Shown here one piece after another: positions 30,470-46,279 of a stretch of 64,000 bases of DNA. The position numbers were made by a program, and so were the translations under genes. Origin of the DNA: the human T2T-CHM13v2.0 reference genome, Homo sapiens. The DNA is taken from the NCBI RefSeq assembly GCF_009914755.1, contig NC_060939.1; one strand, written 5' to 3'. The stretch's first letter is position 1. Every line of letters starts with the position of its first letter. Under the pieces are notes generated by a model. It did not search any database and was not told where the DNA came from. It saw nothing but the letters and a program-made list of their open reading frames with translations.

Positions 30470-30763
30470 GGCTTAGTGGGGTGGCTCACATTCCCAGCAC
30501 TTTGGGAGGTAGGAGGATTGCTTGAGCCCAGGAGTTTAAGACCAGCCTGAGCAATATGGTGAAACCCTGTCTCTACAAAAAATAAAAAAAATTAGCCAGG
30601 CATGGTGGCACATGCCTATGGTCCCACCTACCTGGGAGGCTGAGAGGGAGGATTCCTTGAGCTGGGGAGGTGGAGATTGCAGTGAGCCAGATCACTTCAC
30701 TGTATTCCAGCCTGGGCAACAGATCCAACCCTGTCTTAAAAAAAATAATAAAAAATAAAAAAA
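30470..30763 (+). mobile_element. AluJ
   Basis: Diverged dimeric Alu. Confidence 0.83.
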
Positions 30764-31021
30764 GATATGTAGTTTGATATACTTGAAATTTCTTCACTAG
30801 ATGAGATACTGAAAATGATTATAAAGTGTCGAAGGGAAATAGTATCTGATTTGACAGTGTTTCATAAGGATGAGGCCTTTTACTTTTTCCAGTGTTTTAA
30901 TAACCCTAAATTTCATGAAAGAATATGATTGTATATTCATTGATCTACATTCTCTGACCTTTGGCTGTGCTGACAAACACAAAATGTTGGCACCAAGAGA
31001 AACTTGAGAGAAAGGAGCCTA

Positions 31022-31430
<409 letters not shown>

Positions 31431-33634
31431 GAAACATGGCATTGACCCTCTTGATTCTGACTAGCTCACAGTCCCTTTCCACTACGTTGCTTTTTTCCTC
31501 TTTTTAACTTCTTGTGTTCAACCATTTGTTTCATCTGCTACCTTTTTCTACATTATAGCTCTGCTGTCTTGTTCTTTCTTTCACTATTGCTCAACTCTCA
31601 TTAACCAGTCTGAGTTGTTGAGTACCTTCCTCCATCTTTTTTATGTATTCATTCCTCCATTTTTTTCTGCCCTTTACCATGCCCTTTTTCTGCCTTTTAC
31701 AGAGGAAAGTACTGTATGGTAGAATATTAAAGTGAATAATATTCAGTCTATCTTTATAGACTATTATTTTAGTGTGATAGAGGGATAAGAATTTCAACAA
31801 TTAATATACGTGGCAGAATGTCAGTGATACGAATAAATTCTTACAGACATTCAGAAGAGATTACATTCAGGCACAACCAGAGGTGATCAGGAAAAGTTTT
31901 ATTGTGGGTCACATTTATTCCAGTCAGCACTCTTTTTGTTATAAGTGACAGAACCTAACTTAAACCGGGTGAAACAAAAAGTGGTGTTTATTAACCCATT
32001 TATCTAAGAAGGCTAGGAATAGATTGATTTGGAGCATGGGGGACCTAGGGGTTTAAACAATATCATCAGCCCTCCCTCTTTCACCTTGCAAATGTTTCGT
32101 TGAAAGAATAAGAACTGGAGAGGCAAATTGGGCCAAGGAGAGTGGATGTGAGAAGTGGGAAAATTTAGGAGTACAGTGTTCTGGTCTCTCCTTCTCTAGC
32201 TCCCTCACTCCAGTATTTCCAGATTGCTCTAAATTGTTCTTCATGGTTGCTATATTGTAAGGTACCTTATTCCTTAGTGGTATGGAATGTTTTTAATCAG
32301 TGGACATGTGCATTTAATTTATAACATCCTGTTCCTGGCAGTATCGTCTTTTTCCATGCCCCTGCCCTGCCTCTACAGCCTAAAAAGCAGTTCTCTTTCT
32401 ATGGTTAGAATGAATTTTGATAGCCATTCTCTGAAGCTGTTTCTGTGAGCCAGAGATGACCTGAAGGCTTCTTTTCTACCCAGTCTGAGAGAGACCGAAG
32501 TAATACTAACGCCTTAGTTTGTAAGAGGTTCCACACTTTCCAGAGTACTCCTGTATGGACTCAGATCCCTCTTATCTATGGGTAATCCGTCCTAGAATGA
32601 ATTACTTGAAAGAGTAACCAGGATTTCAGAAAATATAGGGAAAAAATATATTTCATTTGAATTTTAAAAAAATATTTCAAAAATTAAAATTAAAATAAGA
32701 ATATAATATTAAAAAGTGAACTATATATTATTCACTAGGTCTTAGAGTAAACAAAGAATTAGTTGTTGATTTTTTTAGCGTATTCTTCTCAGAAAATTTA
32801 TATGGTAATACTATATATCCTGTATTTCACATTTGAATCTTGTTGATTTAGCCTACTATTTCTAACTCAGGTCGTAATCCATTAGTGACTTTATATTTGA
32901 TTAAATGGCTCTTTAACACCTTTTTCAGGACCTCATGAAGTCTTCAGTCTTTTGCATGGTATTCAACTTATAGTAGATTTGTTTTGTTTATATATTATGG
33001 GATATTCAACAGAAGATTGATCAAAGCAATCAACTGTGGCTTGAGACAACCGTACTATCTGTAGAGGATATTTCAGAGTTTTTTTTTTTTTAAGTTATCT
33101 GGTCTAATGGATTTTTTGGTGAGCTCACAACATTGGCTTAACTATGCATCCTTGCAAACTCTAGGGACTTAAATCAAGTGGACCACCTTTACTTTTACTT
33201 GTTTATCCAGTGCATTTCCTCATTGTCACTTGGGTGTGCATTGTCTATGATCAGTAGTTATCTTTATGGATCCTTATTGTTTTATAGTGGGCCAGTTGCA
33301 TAGATCTGATAAATGGTTCTTCTTTGAATCTTCCCATTGTTTGTGTCTAGTTCTAACCAAGTGAACATGAACTCCTAACCAGAGATGTTCTGAGTTCTGC
33401 CTGTAGGGAGGTGGATGACAGGGGCCGTGGCTACTTGGTTGCTAGAGAACAAGAGAAAGATTGCTTTTAAGGAGCTTTTGTAGCTTTACAGTTCTGCTAT
33501 ATGCGTAGAATTTCAGAAGCACACCATAGCACGCAGTTGAGAATTTGGGACACTGTTTTGATTTAAGAAAAGTCCTAGAGCAGCATTAACAGATCTTGCC
33601 TCCTATGTGGTAACATTTCGGATTCACTTCCTCT

Positions 33635-33774
33635 TTTTTTTTTTTTTTTTTTTAGTAGAGATGAGGTCTTGCTGTGTTGGCCAGATTGGTCTTGAACTCC
33701 TAGGTTTAAGTGATCTTCCTGTCTTGGTCTTCCAAAGTGCTGGGATTATAGACATGAGCCACTTTATCTAGCCC
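33635..33774 (-). mobile_element. FLAM/Alu left monomer
   Basis: Poly-T followed by a single antisense left arm. Confidence 0.8.
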
Positions 33775-34387
33775 AGACTAACTTCTTATAGTAAAGATGC
33801 TGCCTTCATCATTTAATAAAGGCTTTCAGAATGTTTTATTTAAAATAAATGGTTTCATATTAAAATTCTCATAGATGTTTGAACTGGATAAATAATATGT
33901 TATAAAGAATAGAAGTAGGGGGAGGTATTCCTGGTACTTACTCCCCATACCCTGAAAACTCTAGGGCCTCTTTCAAAGTGAAGAATTAGCAGTAGCTTGA
34001 TTAGTGGTCATGGTATTTATGTAAGTTTTAATTAGCCATCAAAATAATTTTTTAAAAAAATTTGAAAGCATATACTGAATTGCTTTGGTTTAAATTGTAC
34101 AAGTATTACTATTGTTTGAAGGTTTCCATTACATTCTGGTCTTTAGTTATATAGGTTTTTTTACTACATTGCTGTAGTTGAATAAGCCTCACATTTTATG
34201 TGAGGCCCCATAAAACAATTGATTATTTTGAGTGTCAATTCACCATTTTTGTAATCTCCTTATTTCCACATCTCAGCTTCTTTTTCTTCTTGGAAAATTC
34301 AGCCTTTGCCTTTCATAATTCATGGTTTTTGTGACTTCCAGTTTGGTATTTGTTGTTTTTATTTGTGATTTTAGATTTTAGGGAGGC

Positions 34388-34720
34388 TTTTTTTGGTGGT
34401 GGTGGTTTTTGTTTTTTGTTTTGTTTTGTTTTTTGAGACAGAATCTTGCTCTGTTGCCCAGACTGGAGTGCAGTAACACATCTATGGCTTACTGCAGCCC
34501 CAACTTCCCAGGCTCCAGTGATCCTCCCACTCAGCCTCCCAAGTAGCTAGGACTACAGGTGTGTGCCACCACACCCAACTAATTTTTAAAAAATTATTCT
34601 TTGTAGAGACACAGTCTTGCTGCGCTGCCCAGGCTGGTCCGAACTCTTAGGTTCAAGCGATCCTCCAGGCTTGGCCTCTCAAAGTGCTACGATTACAAGC
34701 GTGAGCCACCATGCCTGGCC
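34388..34720 (-). mobile_element. AluJ
   Basis: Full antisense Alu. Confidence 0.85.
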
Positions 34721-34783
34721 CCTGATTTTAGGTTTCTGTGAACACTAGAACTTGCCATTCTGCCTGTATTTCAGGACTTTCTG

Positions 34784-34852
34784 ATACGTACGCATGTGCA
34801 CGCGTGCGTGCACACACACACGTGCATATGCACCCACACACATATATATATG
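34784..34852. repeat. Alternating purine-pyrimidine tract (CG/CA/TA mix)
   Basis: Perfect alternation from 34784 to 34833, resuming to 34852. Confidence 0.9.
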
Positions 34853-35148
34853 GTTCTGAGTTTTTAAATCTTTATCTTGAAAAATGTTTCTTTGGGTATT
34901 TCCATATACATGATATGTTTTGGTGGTTCCACAGTCATTCTTGTGTTACGTATTTGTTTTTTAGTTTGAGTATACCTCTGGAGGATTATCACACTTTCAA
35001 AGTTCCATGAAATTTCTAGGGAGTGACAATTAAATGGGAGTACATTACTAGTCCACTTCACAGCAAATTAAATCGATTAGTTAATGTATAGTTAATTGTA
35101 AATTTTATTAGTTTCTCTTACATACTTTTCCACACTTGTCCCTGGTAT

Positions 35149-35450
35149 TAGGGATTAGCAAACTACACACAAAGAGCCAGATAGTAAATAGTCTAAGGTC
35201 TGTGGTCCAGCATACCAATATCAATGATAATCGTATAGGTACTTATATAGCTACTTAAACATGTAAGTAGTTATATGTTTATGAAGTAGGCCATAAACAT
35301 ATAATTCATGGCTTATCAACTAAGCCATAAACATATAACTACTTACATGGTTAAATAGCTATATAAGTACTTATATATCATTGATTTGGGGCTATAAAAA
35401 TAACAGTTGGTGGCCTGGATTTGTTCCATAGGCTACATTTGCCAGTCTTG
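35149..35450. mobile_element. MER58(C)-like hAT MITE carrying an internal inverted duplication
   Basis: gcaaact...agagccagatagtaaata and ggtggcctggatttg...tttgccagtcttg termini. Confidence 0.75.
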
Positions 35451-35513
35451 CTCTAGATAATTTAACAAAAATACTTGAAATAGCAGTAACTCTGCCAATT
35501 TGTTGAAGAATTA

Positions 35514-35825
<312 letters not shown>

Positions 35826-36979
35826 GTTATGTATGTGAAATTTTATGGAAAGTACCAGGTTTTTTCTTTTTTATTTAAAAAACAAATTCAGACGTGATGG
35901 TTGGTGGTTGTAGTGGTGAATTATTTCTAAAGTTTCTGGAGCTATACTGCCTCTATACAGAATGGTAAGTTATTAGTTAGGTGAGTTGTTTTTCTGTTGT
36001 TTTGTTTTCAAATATGGGCAAATTTCTAGGCAAATGTCAGATTTTCTCTCTCTGAAATCCTGTGTTTCCCTTAGTTTTCTATAATCAGAAATCTTTCAGA
36101 AAAAACCTGCTTCTCAAGATAGCAATATAAGATTGTTAGCTTTAGTGTATCGAACTGCTATATTGGGAGAGGAAAAGGTGAAAATTAGGCTGCTTAATAG
36201 AGGTGTGGCAGTTGGGCAGTCGCGTCTCTATTGAGCAGCCTAATGCAGAGAGAAGCCTTCAAAGAACAGCTGCAAAGAGTCTGTCGAGGGAATCTATAAT
36301 GAGAGGATAGTGTGAGAATTGCACAGTAATAAAAAAAGTATACTGTTGCTCTAGTGAAAATCGGTACTGCCCAACATATGAGAATCTCCCCAAAGGGTAT
36401 GTACAATAAAAATACAGCATTTTCTAGGCTGTGTATAAATAATTTTTGTAAGATAAATGTAAATTGTGGATTTTGATGCAGTTTATAAAGTATGTAATTT
36501 TAAAATTCCATGTACAGTGATTAATGGTTAGTATTTGAAGAATTTTCTGAGTATTATATGCTATTCATTTTCAACTTAAGGCTGTCTTCTGTCTTAAGGA
36601 TTTAATTGGGACCCTGCCTCTACAAAACATTTTTTGAAACATTAGCCAGATGCAGTGGCACCTGCTGTAGTCCCAGCTACTTTCCACATGTACATTTGGA
36701 AAAGTTAAACGCAAATTGTATAAAGAAAACAGTCCCAAACGCACTTATGAAGATGAATTTTCATACCCAATAAAAGAAGACATTGTATGTTAGCTCTACC
36801 ACAATGGAATTTAACCCAAGGAAGTAATTGAAAATACACGTAAAGATGTGTATGCAAGAATGTTTGCCCCACACAGTATTTTATAAAGAAAAATTAACAT
36901 CACCCAATATGGGACTAATTAAGTTATAATATGGTCATATGATGGATAACATTGCACTCATTAAAACTTACCTTTCAGA

Positions 36980-37281
<302 letters not shown>

Positions 37282-37564
37282 TCATAGTGGAAAGGCAGAG
37301 TAATGTATTATTGCAGTATGTGTAGATTATAAAATCTAAAGAATATCAAAAAGTTAACATTGGTCTGATTGGAAGTTAGTATCAGGAGAGACACCGTATA
37401 TGTGAAAATATACTATATTTTCACAATGAGCATGTATTTATACAGAAAAAAATACTTAAATAAGACTATCTCATAACATAATTGGAAGATAGAGGAAGGG
37501 AAAAAATGTTTAGCCACAAAATCCAAAAATATTATTGGCAGACTTTTCTTGGGAGGCTTAATAA

Positions 37565-38923
<1,359 letters not shown>

Positions 38924-39229
38924 ATGAAAAGTTTTTAATGAGAAACGCTGGTTTGGTCTTTATTTATGCTCTTGAACAAGTCACTTAGAGTCTTATTTTT
39001 CTCACTTGCAAAATGGGGACATCAGTGCAAGTTTACAGGACTGTTGGATTGAACATTGTGGCCACCTCATAAACTGTAAAGTGTTCCATAAATATGAGTT
39101 GTTATGTTCGTTATAAGGGGTATTTAAAAAGTGGTTGATTACTGTCAGCATAGGGATAAAAAGCAGATCACATGGGAGACAGTAACAGCTCCTGTCTAGG
39201 ACCAAAGCAGCCAGAAATTAGAGAAAAGG

Positions 39230-39640
39230 TTGAGTAAATAATTACTCCACATCTATACATGGCATATTACACAGCCTTCAGAGTCATATCCTTAGGTGCT
39301 GATAGAAAGATCTCTGAGATACATTAAGTGAAAAAAGCTAAGTGCAGAGAAGCTTGTTCTAATTTGTGTTAGAAATGATACATATCTAAATGCAATGTGG
39401 TATCTTGGATTGGATCTTGGAACAGAAAAATTACATAGGTAGAAAAAATAGTGAAATTCTAATAAAGTCTTGAGTTTAGTTGATAGTAATGCTCTAATGT
39501 TAATTTCTTAGTTTTGACAAAAGTAGCGTGGTTACGTAAGATGTAGGGGAAACTGGATGAAAAGTACATGGGAATTTTCTGTACTAACTGACGCTTTTCT
39601 ATAAATGTAAAATTATTCCAAAATAAAAAGTTTGTTTAAA
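39230..39640 (+). mobile_element. L1ME/L1MD 3' UTR fragments
   Basis: taaatgcaatgtggtatcttggattggatcttggaacag...aattattccaaaataaaaagtt. Confidence 0.7.
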
Positions 39641-39819
39641 AAATAGTAGGCACTTTTGCGTTTGGCTAGAGTATCTCTGAAAGAATATACAAGAAATTGC
39701 CAACAATTATTGCCTTCTGGGAAGAGAACTCCCGGCAGGCAGAAGAGGAAAAGAAACTTCACTGCATACGCTTTTGTATTTTGTACCTTGTGCCTGTTAT
39801 TGCCATGTGCATGTAAATT

Positions 39820-40834
39820 GCTCAAGGTAATGAAAAAGACAGGCCACAGAATGGGATATAAAAATATTTGGAAAAGACATGTCTCATAAAGGACTACTGT
39901 TCAAAATATATAAAGAACTTCTAAAATGTAACAAATAGAAAACTTGCACTGGGTTAAGAAATGGGCAAAAGACCTGAACAGACACCTCACCCAGGAAGAT
40001 AATAATAAGCCTATGAAGAAATGCTCAAAATTGTATGTAATGTAATTAAGGAATTGTAAATTTAAATGACAGTGAGATATCCCTACACATGTATTAAAAC
40101 AACCAAAATCCAAAACACTGACAACACCAAGTGCTGGTAACAATACGGAGCAACAGGAATTCTTGTTCGTTGCTGGTGGGACTGCAAAATGGTATAGTCA
40201 CTTTGGAAGACAGTTTGACAGATTCTTACAAAACAAAACATGCTCTTACCATGCAGTCCAACATTTGTGTTCCATGAAGTCTACACAATGAAGTTGAAAA
40301 TTAATCCACACAGTAATATGCACATAGAAGTTTATAGCAGCTTTGTTCATAATTGCCAAACCTGGAAACCACCAAGATGTCCTTCAGTAGGTGAATGGAT
40401 AAATCATGGTACATTCAGAGAGTGAAATATTATTCAGTGCTAAAAAGAAATGAGCTATCAAGCCATGAAGAGAGATGGAGGAACCGTAAGTGCAGATTAC
40501 TATGTGTAAGTGCAGATTACTATGTGTAAGTGCAGATTACTATGTGAAACAAGCCAATCTGAAAGACTATATATTGTGTAATTTCAACTATATGACATTC
40601 TGGAAAAGGCAAAACAATGGAGACAGTAAAAAAGATCAGTGGTTGCTAGGACTTAAGGGAGAAGGAGAGATGAATAGGAATTTTAGGGCAGTGAAACTAC
40701 TCTGTATAAAACTTTAGTGGTAGATATATGTCATTATATGTTTTTTCAAACCAATAGAATATACAACACCAAGAGTAAACCCTAATGTAAACTATGAACT
40801 TGGGGGGATAATGATGTGTCAATATAGGTTCATT
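39820..40834 (+). mobile_element. L1MC-type 3' end
   Basis: aaatgggcaaaagacctgaacagacacctcacc, ccaagatgtccttcagtaggtgaatggataaa, gtaaaccctaatgtaaactatgaact. Confidence 0.85.
40486..40546 (+). repeat. Perfect 3 x 20-bp tandem repeat (GTAAGTGCAGATTACTATGT)
   Basis: Visible directly. Confidence 0.95.
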
Positions 40835-41191
<357 letters not shown>

Positions 41192-44100
41192 CTAAGTCAA
41201 GAATATTTTTAAACTTTTATTTTTAGGAAACTACAATTCTAATGAGTGATATTAGCAAGTGAGAAGAACTTTTTGGTCAACATTTAGTCCTTTCCCTTGA
41301 GTGCACCGCACTCTTGTACCTTTGGGCAGTAGGAAATGGGAAGCATCAAAGACCATCAACAACTTGAGAATATTCAAAAATCAAGATAATCTGTATTTCA
41401 GAATTAAGTACTTACATAAAACATCTTAGTAAGAAGACATATAGATGTGTGGGGTGAGGGAAAGGCAGTACAGGAGAAAAATATTGGAGCATCTCAGAGT
41501 TAATTCTTTGGTGATAAAATTTTACCTAGGGCTGATCCCTATCACCTTTCTTCTCCCCGTACCCCCAACCCTAGAGGCAAGATAGAAAGACACAAAAACA
41601 ATTAATATCTGGGTCTGTCCTCAAGTTTACTGGGTGAGAAGTGGGGTTTGAGGGTTAGGTTTTGACTGTCTTTTATAATGTCAATCAAATCTGAAGAGTC
41701 CCTTTTTCTCCCCTAAAATGATGATTCTACTTAGGAAACTCTTACACAATTTCAGTTTTTCACTAGCCGAAAGAAACTGGCTCTACAGGTAGAGTTTGAG
41801 AATGTGGGTGAGGTTGTTCTGGTGGTCCCCAGGGTTGGGTGTTAGGCAAACAATTCCTTAGAGAGAGATCTGGCTTGGAGGCTCTTGGTGTGGGGGTGAG
41901 GGACATTGTTGGGGGGTAGGAGTGGGTTCTTGGAAATGGAGTTGAGAAAAATGTCAGTGAGCTAATTCATAACTTCCCCTTGAGTTTTTAAAGATTCTAC
42001 TTAATTTGTCAAAATTGTCCTCAACTTGTTTAAAAGTTCTGTTTTTTAAAAAGTGTACAAAGAGCCAATAACAAATGAAAATATACTTTCCTCTGTGTTG
42101 TCAAAAATTTTATTGTCTGCAAAACAAAAACTATAATTGTGACTCTTTTAAAATTATAATAAACTATGGTGAATTATAAATTTAAGGTTTTCAGAAATAT
42201 TTTTCAAATGATTAGTGTTAGTGTGGATGAGTCCTTGGGACAGGTGTTTTTTTGTTTGTTTGTTTTCTTGTATATGTGAAATCTGAAGTAAAAATAAACC
42301 ACCTCTTGCTTAAAAAGAGGTTTAGGATGAAGTGGCTAAATCTCAAATTTCCCTTTTTGCTTCAGTGTGTCAGTTAATCTGGCTGTAGGATATATTTATC
42401 TACTGTGAAGCCCACTGATGCATGCAAAGCTAAGCAGAGTACAATTTTCCCCAGTGGGTCTTCTTTCTCTGGGCATTTGTAGCTATGCCTCAGTGTGTGG
42501 AGTCTGCTGGGGAACGCTAAAAGGGCTAAGATGTCAGCTATTGTAAAGGTACTGAGATCCTGTTTTATGAAGGGAATGAGACATCCGGTCTTTAAAAAAA
42601 ATGCATATTTCTTATTTCCCATAAGGCAGTTAGAAGTCTGCACAATAATGATAATACTTAATATTGTAAATAGGATATCAATTTATGTGGCATTTAAAGA
42701 ATTTTGAAATTCATTGTATTTTGTTTATCCTTTTTCTATGAGTATTCGAATTTCTATTCTCGTCTTAATATCAGAGATTTTAATTTGTTCTTATAGTTAG
42801 TTAACTTAAACCTGTGGCCTAGGTTAGCCATTAATTGAATTAGTTCAGATTATTTATCTTAACCTATTGTTGCGTATAGTATTTTAGGTTTTTGTTGAGA
42901 TGGATACTATTGTATATTTAAAAATGCATAGAACTTGTCAAAGATAGCTTAATTTGCCTTTCTACCTTCATAAAAATGTTAAAAGTTAAGGGATTTTTAA
43001 AATGTCATTAGATATTCTTATCTGAATCATTTATATATTACCATAAATCACAGTTGTATTAAGTCAGCCATGAAGATTTCCTCCTTAATGCAAATGAACG
43101 CATAAGGTATCTAGAAAGCGTTAATTTGTGAGGGAACAAATTAAAGCGGTTAGAATTGCTGTGGAGCTGTATATGATAGATGAAATATTTTAATTGAAGA
43201 CACAAATAGTTCTAATATTTCTAATGAGAAAGTATGTAGATCATTTAATGTCGTAGGAGACCAAAGTAGAAATTTGGAAAAAGTAAAAATGACTCCTAAA
43301 TTACCCAGCAAGTTGTAAAGATACACCTTTCTCAGCATGCATTCTCATGATAGCATAACAATGTATAATATATCTGATTACTGTCATAATTGACTACCTT
43401 GAAAGATAATGGTTCTAAGGGTCAATAAAATACACAATAAGAAAGATTTAATTAATGTGATCAAGGTAGGCTAAAAATAATATTTGTTCATCTGAGTATT
43501 AAGATTTTTTAGTTTTAGGAGTTCTATTTTAAATATACCATAGTTGGGGGAAAAAATGATGCTTTTGCCTTGAAAGCACTAGCAGAATAGATTAGTGTCA
43601 CAGATAGTGTGAAACTGTGACACTGAATCTTTTTGGCTTGTGTTAATAGGTTCTGACCTAATGTGTATCACATTTTCATTTTTAATACAGAATCTAAACA
43701 AATGCTTTGCCAGTTGAGAAACTGGCGTCATCGTTCCATGGTGCTCATTAATTATTTTCTCTGACTGGCTTTTATGAATTTGGTTGAAAGTTAGCTTTTA
43801 ATTGGAGAAGCTGAGATTTTTTGTGTACAGGAAGAAAATAATGCAAGAGTAGTAATGAAGGCTGCTGCTTTCTGTCTAGTTCCATAAAACCCTTTAATTT
43901 AGGAAGTTCAGTCTATCTTTACAGGTTGCTTGGGCTGGCCCTAGATAGAATGGATACATTGGGTGTTGAAAACTAGAAACGGACTTAGTTCATCTCACTA
44001 TATAAATGAGGAAACTGAAAGTAAGCCCCTGTGTTTGGTTAGAATGCCAACTGATGTTAAAAAGATTGAAACACTCTAGAAGCTTTACCTTCAGATTATT

Positions 44101-44818
44101 GCCAACATTAATTATTATGCAAAAAGGGGGGAAAATTTGATATGGTAATAGGAGATTAAAATGGCAGAGTGTGGTTTCCTGGGCTAAAATGGGTCAGTGG
44201 ACAGAAATGTAGAATTCCAGTTAATGAGGAACCATATTTACATTCTGTCTCAGATGCATTGTGCCTGGTGTTAGTCCCATAGATTGGACTTTAAATGGAA
44301 TCATCTTTTTAACGTCCTCTCTTTTTTGGCCTGCTGTGATCATACTCTGTTCTAGCTTTTTTCTTGTTTTAAAAATGGAGTTTGTGACAACTAGCTAGCG
44401 CTGAATGGACTTCTGGTTGGCTTCTTGGTGGAAGGAATGTGTTATTTCACCCTGGACGGAGTCATGGAGTGTCCAGATCCCGGTGAGTTTCAAGCCAAAC
44501 TCTTATGAAAACATAGTGCCTACAACTTTTGCTAGATGTTCATTGTGTTCTTAAAAGAAAAATTTCGGGATCACTGTGGGTAGGGACAATTCCTTTTCTC
44601 TCTAAGACCTAAGCAAGAGAGATCATTTAGACTGAGGTCCTTGGTGTGTTCTTGTTCAGGGAAGATGACACAAAGGGGAATAGAAGTAATCAGTAGGCCT
44701 TGCAACCCAATTTGAAATTCACCCATGACAACCATCAGCCACAGGAGGCCCAACTCCCATCTCCTCTCTTAGTTTGCCTGTGTGGTGCAGAGGAATAGGT
44801 AGGTTTGGTTTGTTTATC

Positions 44819-45124
44819 TTTTTTTTTTTTTTTTTTTTTTTAAGATAGGGTCTCACTCTGTCTCCCAGGCTACAGTGTAGTGGCTCAGTCTCAGCTCACT
44901 GCAACCTCTGCCTACCGGGCTCAAGTGATCCTTCGGGCTCAGCCCCACCAAGTAGCTGGGACTACAGGCACGAGCCACCATGCCCAACTAATTTTTGTAT
45001 TTTTTGTGGAGACAGGATTTTACCATGTTGTTCAAGCTGGTCTCAAACTCCAGAGCTCAAGCAGTCCACTAGCCTCAGCCTTTCGGAGTGCTAGGATTAC
45101 AGGCATTAGCCACCGCACCTGGCT
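44819..45124 (-). mobile_element. AluJ
   Basis: Full antisense Alu. Confidence 0.85.
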
Positions 45125-46279
45125 GGCTTGTTTATAAACAGTTTGTAAGTGGAAGAGGAGAAAGTGCAGAGTTATCCAAAAGTGCCATATGAACAAGATG
45201 CTAAGCCCCCTCTCCACTTCTTTTAGATTACCAAAGAAATCTAACTTCATAGTGATCACAGGAATATTTCTGGAGTGTAGTTTATATTTTCCATGTGATT
45301 TAGAAGGAAAGGAAATCCTCTGCCCCTCATCCGTCTTAAGAAGGTGGGAATGAGAATTGTACTCAAAACTTTTTAGTCCAGAAACATGAGCCTGCTGACA
45401 GCTGAGGGCTCTAGCTCTCTAGATTTGGGTAGAAAGGCCTGGGGGTGGGAATATCCTCCAGGCGGGAATAGCCCTGTGACCTGATCTCACTTGAATTTTC
45501 AGGTGATCTGACTTTCCAGTGATCTAAGACTGTAGTGCAAAGAAGCCAAGTCTCAGGCAGTTTTTTCAGGGACAGGCCTTGGGTTAGCTCTGCCTGAAGG
45601 TAGATGACTACTTTGGCAGATAATGTGGAGGAAGGAACACTACTCTTTGGAATGCCCTCAGCTGTCTAACTGTGACCGATTGTGCCTGGCCCAGCTGCAA
45701 CTTGATCTCAACAAATGTTCAAGGAGAGGAGCTGTGATGGGGCCACTTAGATTGCTGTATAGCAATCTAAGGAGTATAGCAGTTGAGGTTCCATCCTTCC
45801 AGCAAGGTGTAGATGGCCTGGATTTTTTGTGGAAAAACAGTGGACAGGCAGTTCATTTTTGTGAAATTGATTTGGTATAGCACAAATTCTAATAATTTTT
45901 CCTGTAAGAGTTTTACTATAGTATCTCTTATTTTATTGAGTACCTTTTATGTGCTAAACACTGTGCTTAAGAGTGTGGGAAATATCAAGATGAAAAAGAC
46001 ATTACCTTCAAAAGAATTACTAAAGACTCAGACTTTGTACTTAATAAGCTTATGATGAGTATAAAAATAGAATACTGTCTAGACATTACATTCCATATTA
46101 AGCTATAGTAATATAGAGCATTTTATTTGAGTAGGAAAAAAAATAAAATCCAAACTCATTTAACTAAAACATGATTTTCAGTTTGAATACTTTACGTTTC
46201 AATTAAGAATTCTGCTTTTTCATGGTAAGAAGTTATCGTGGATCTCCTGCACATCATTGTTCTGTGTGTCCTACTTCTA

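Noticed and set aside
40486-40546. CRISPR-like repeats
   Set aside because: Head-to-tail tandem copies without spacers, inside an L1 in a eukaryotic genome
39901-40717. ORFs resembling L1 ORF2 C-terminus/3' UTR
   Set aside because: Decayed L1MC fragment with stops; not a functional ORF
45440-45490. NF-kB-like GGGAATATCC and a TGACCT half site
   Set aside because: Imperfect match and expected by chance in 64 kb
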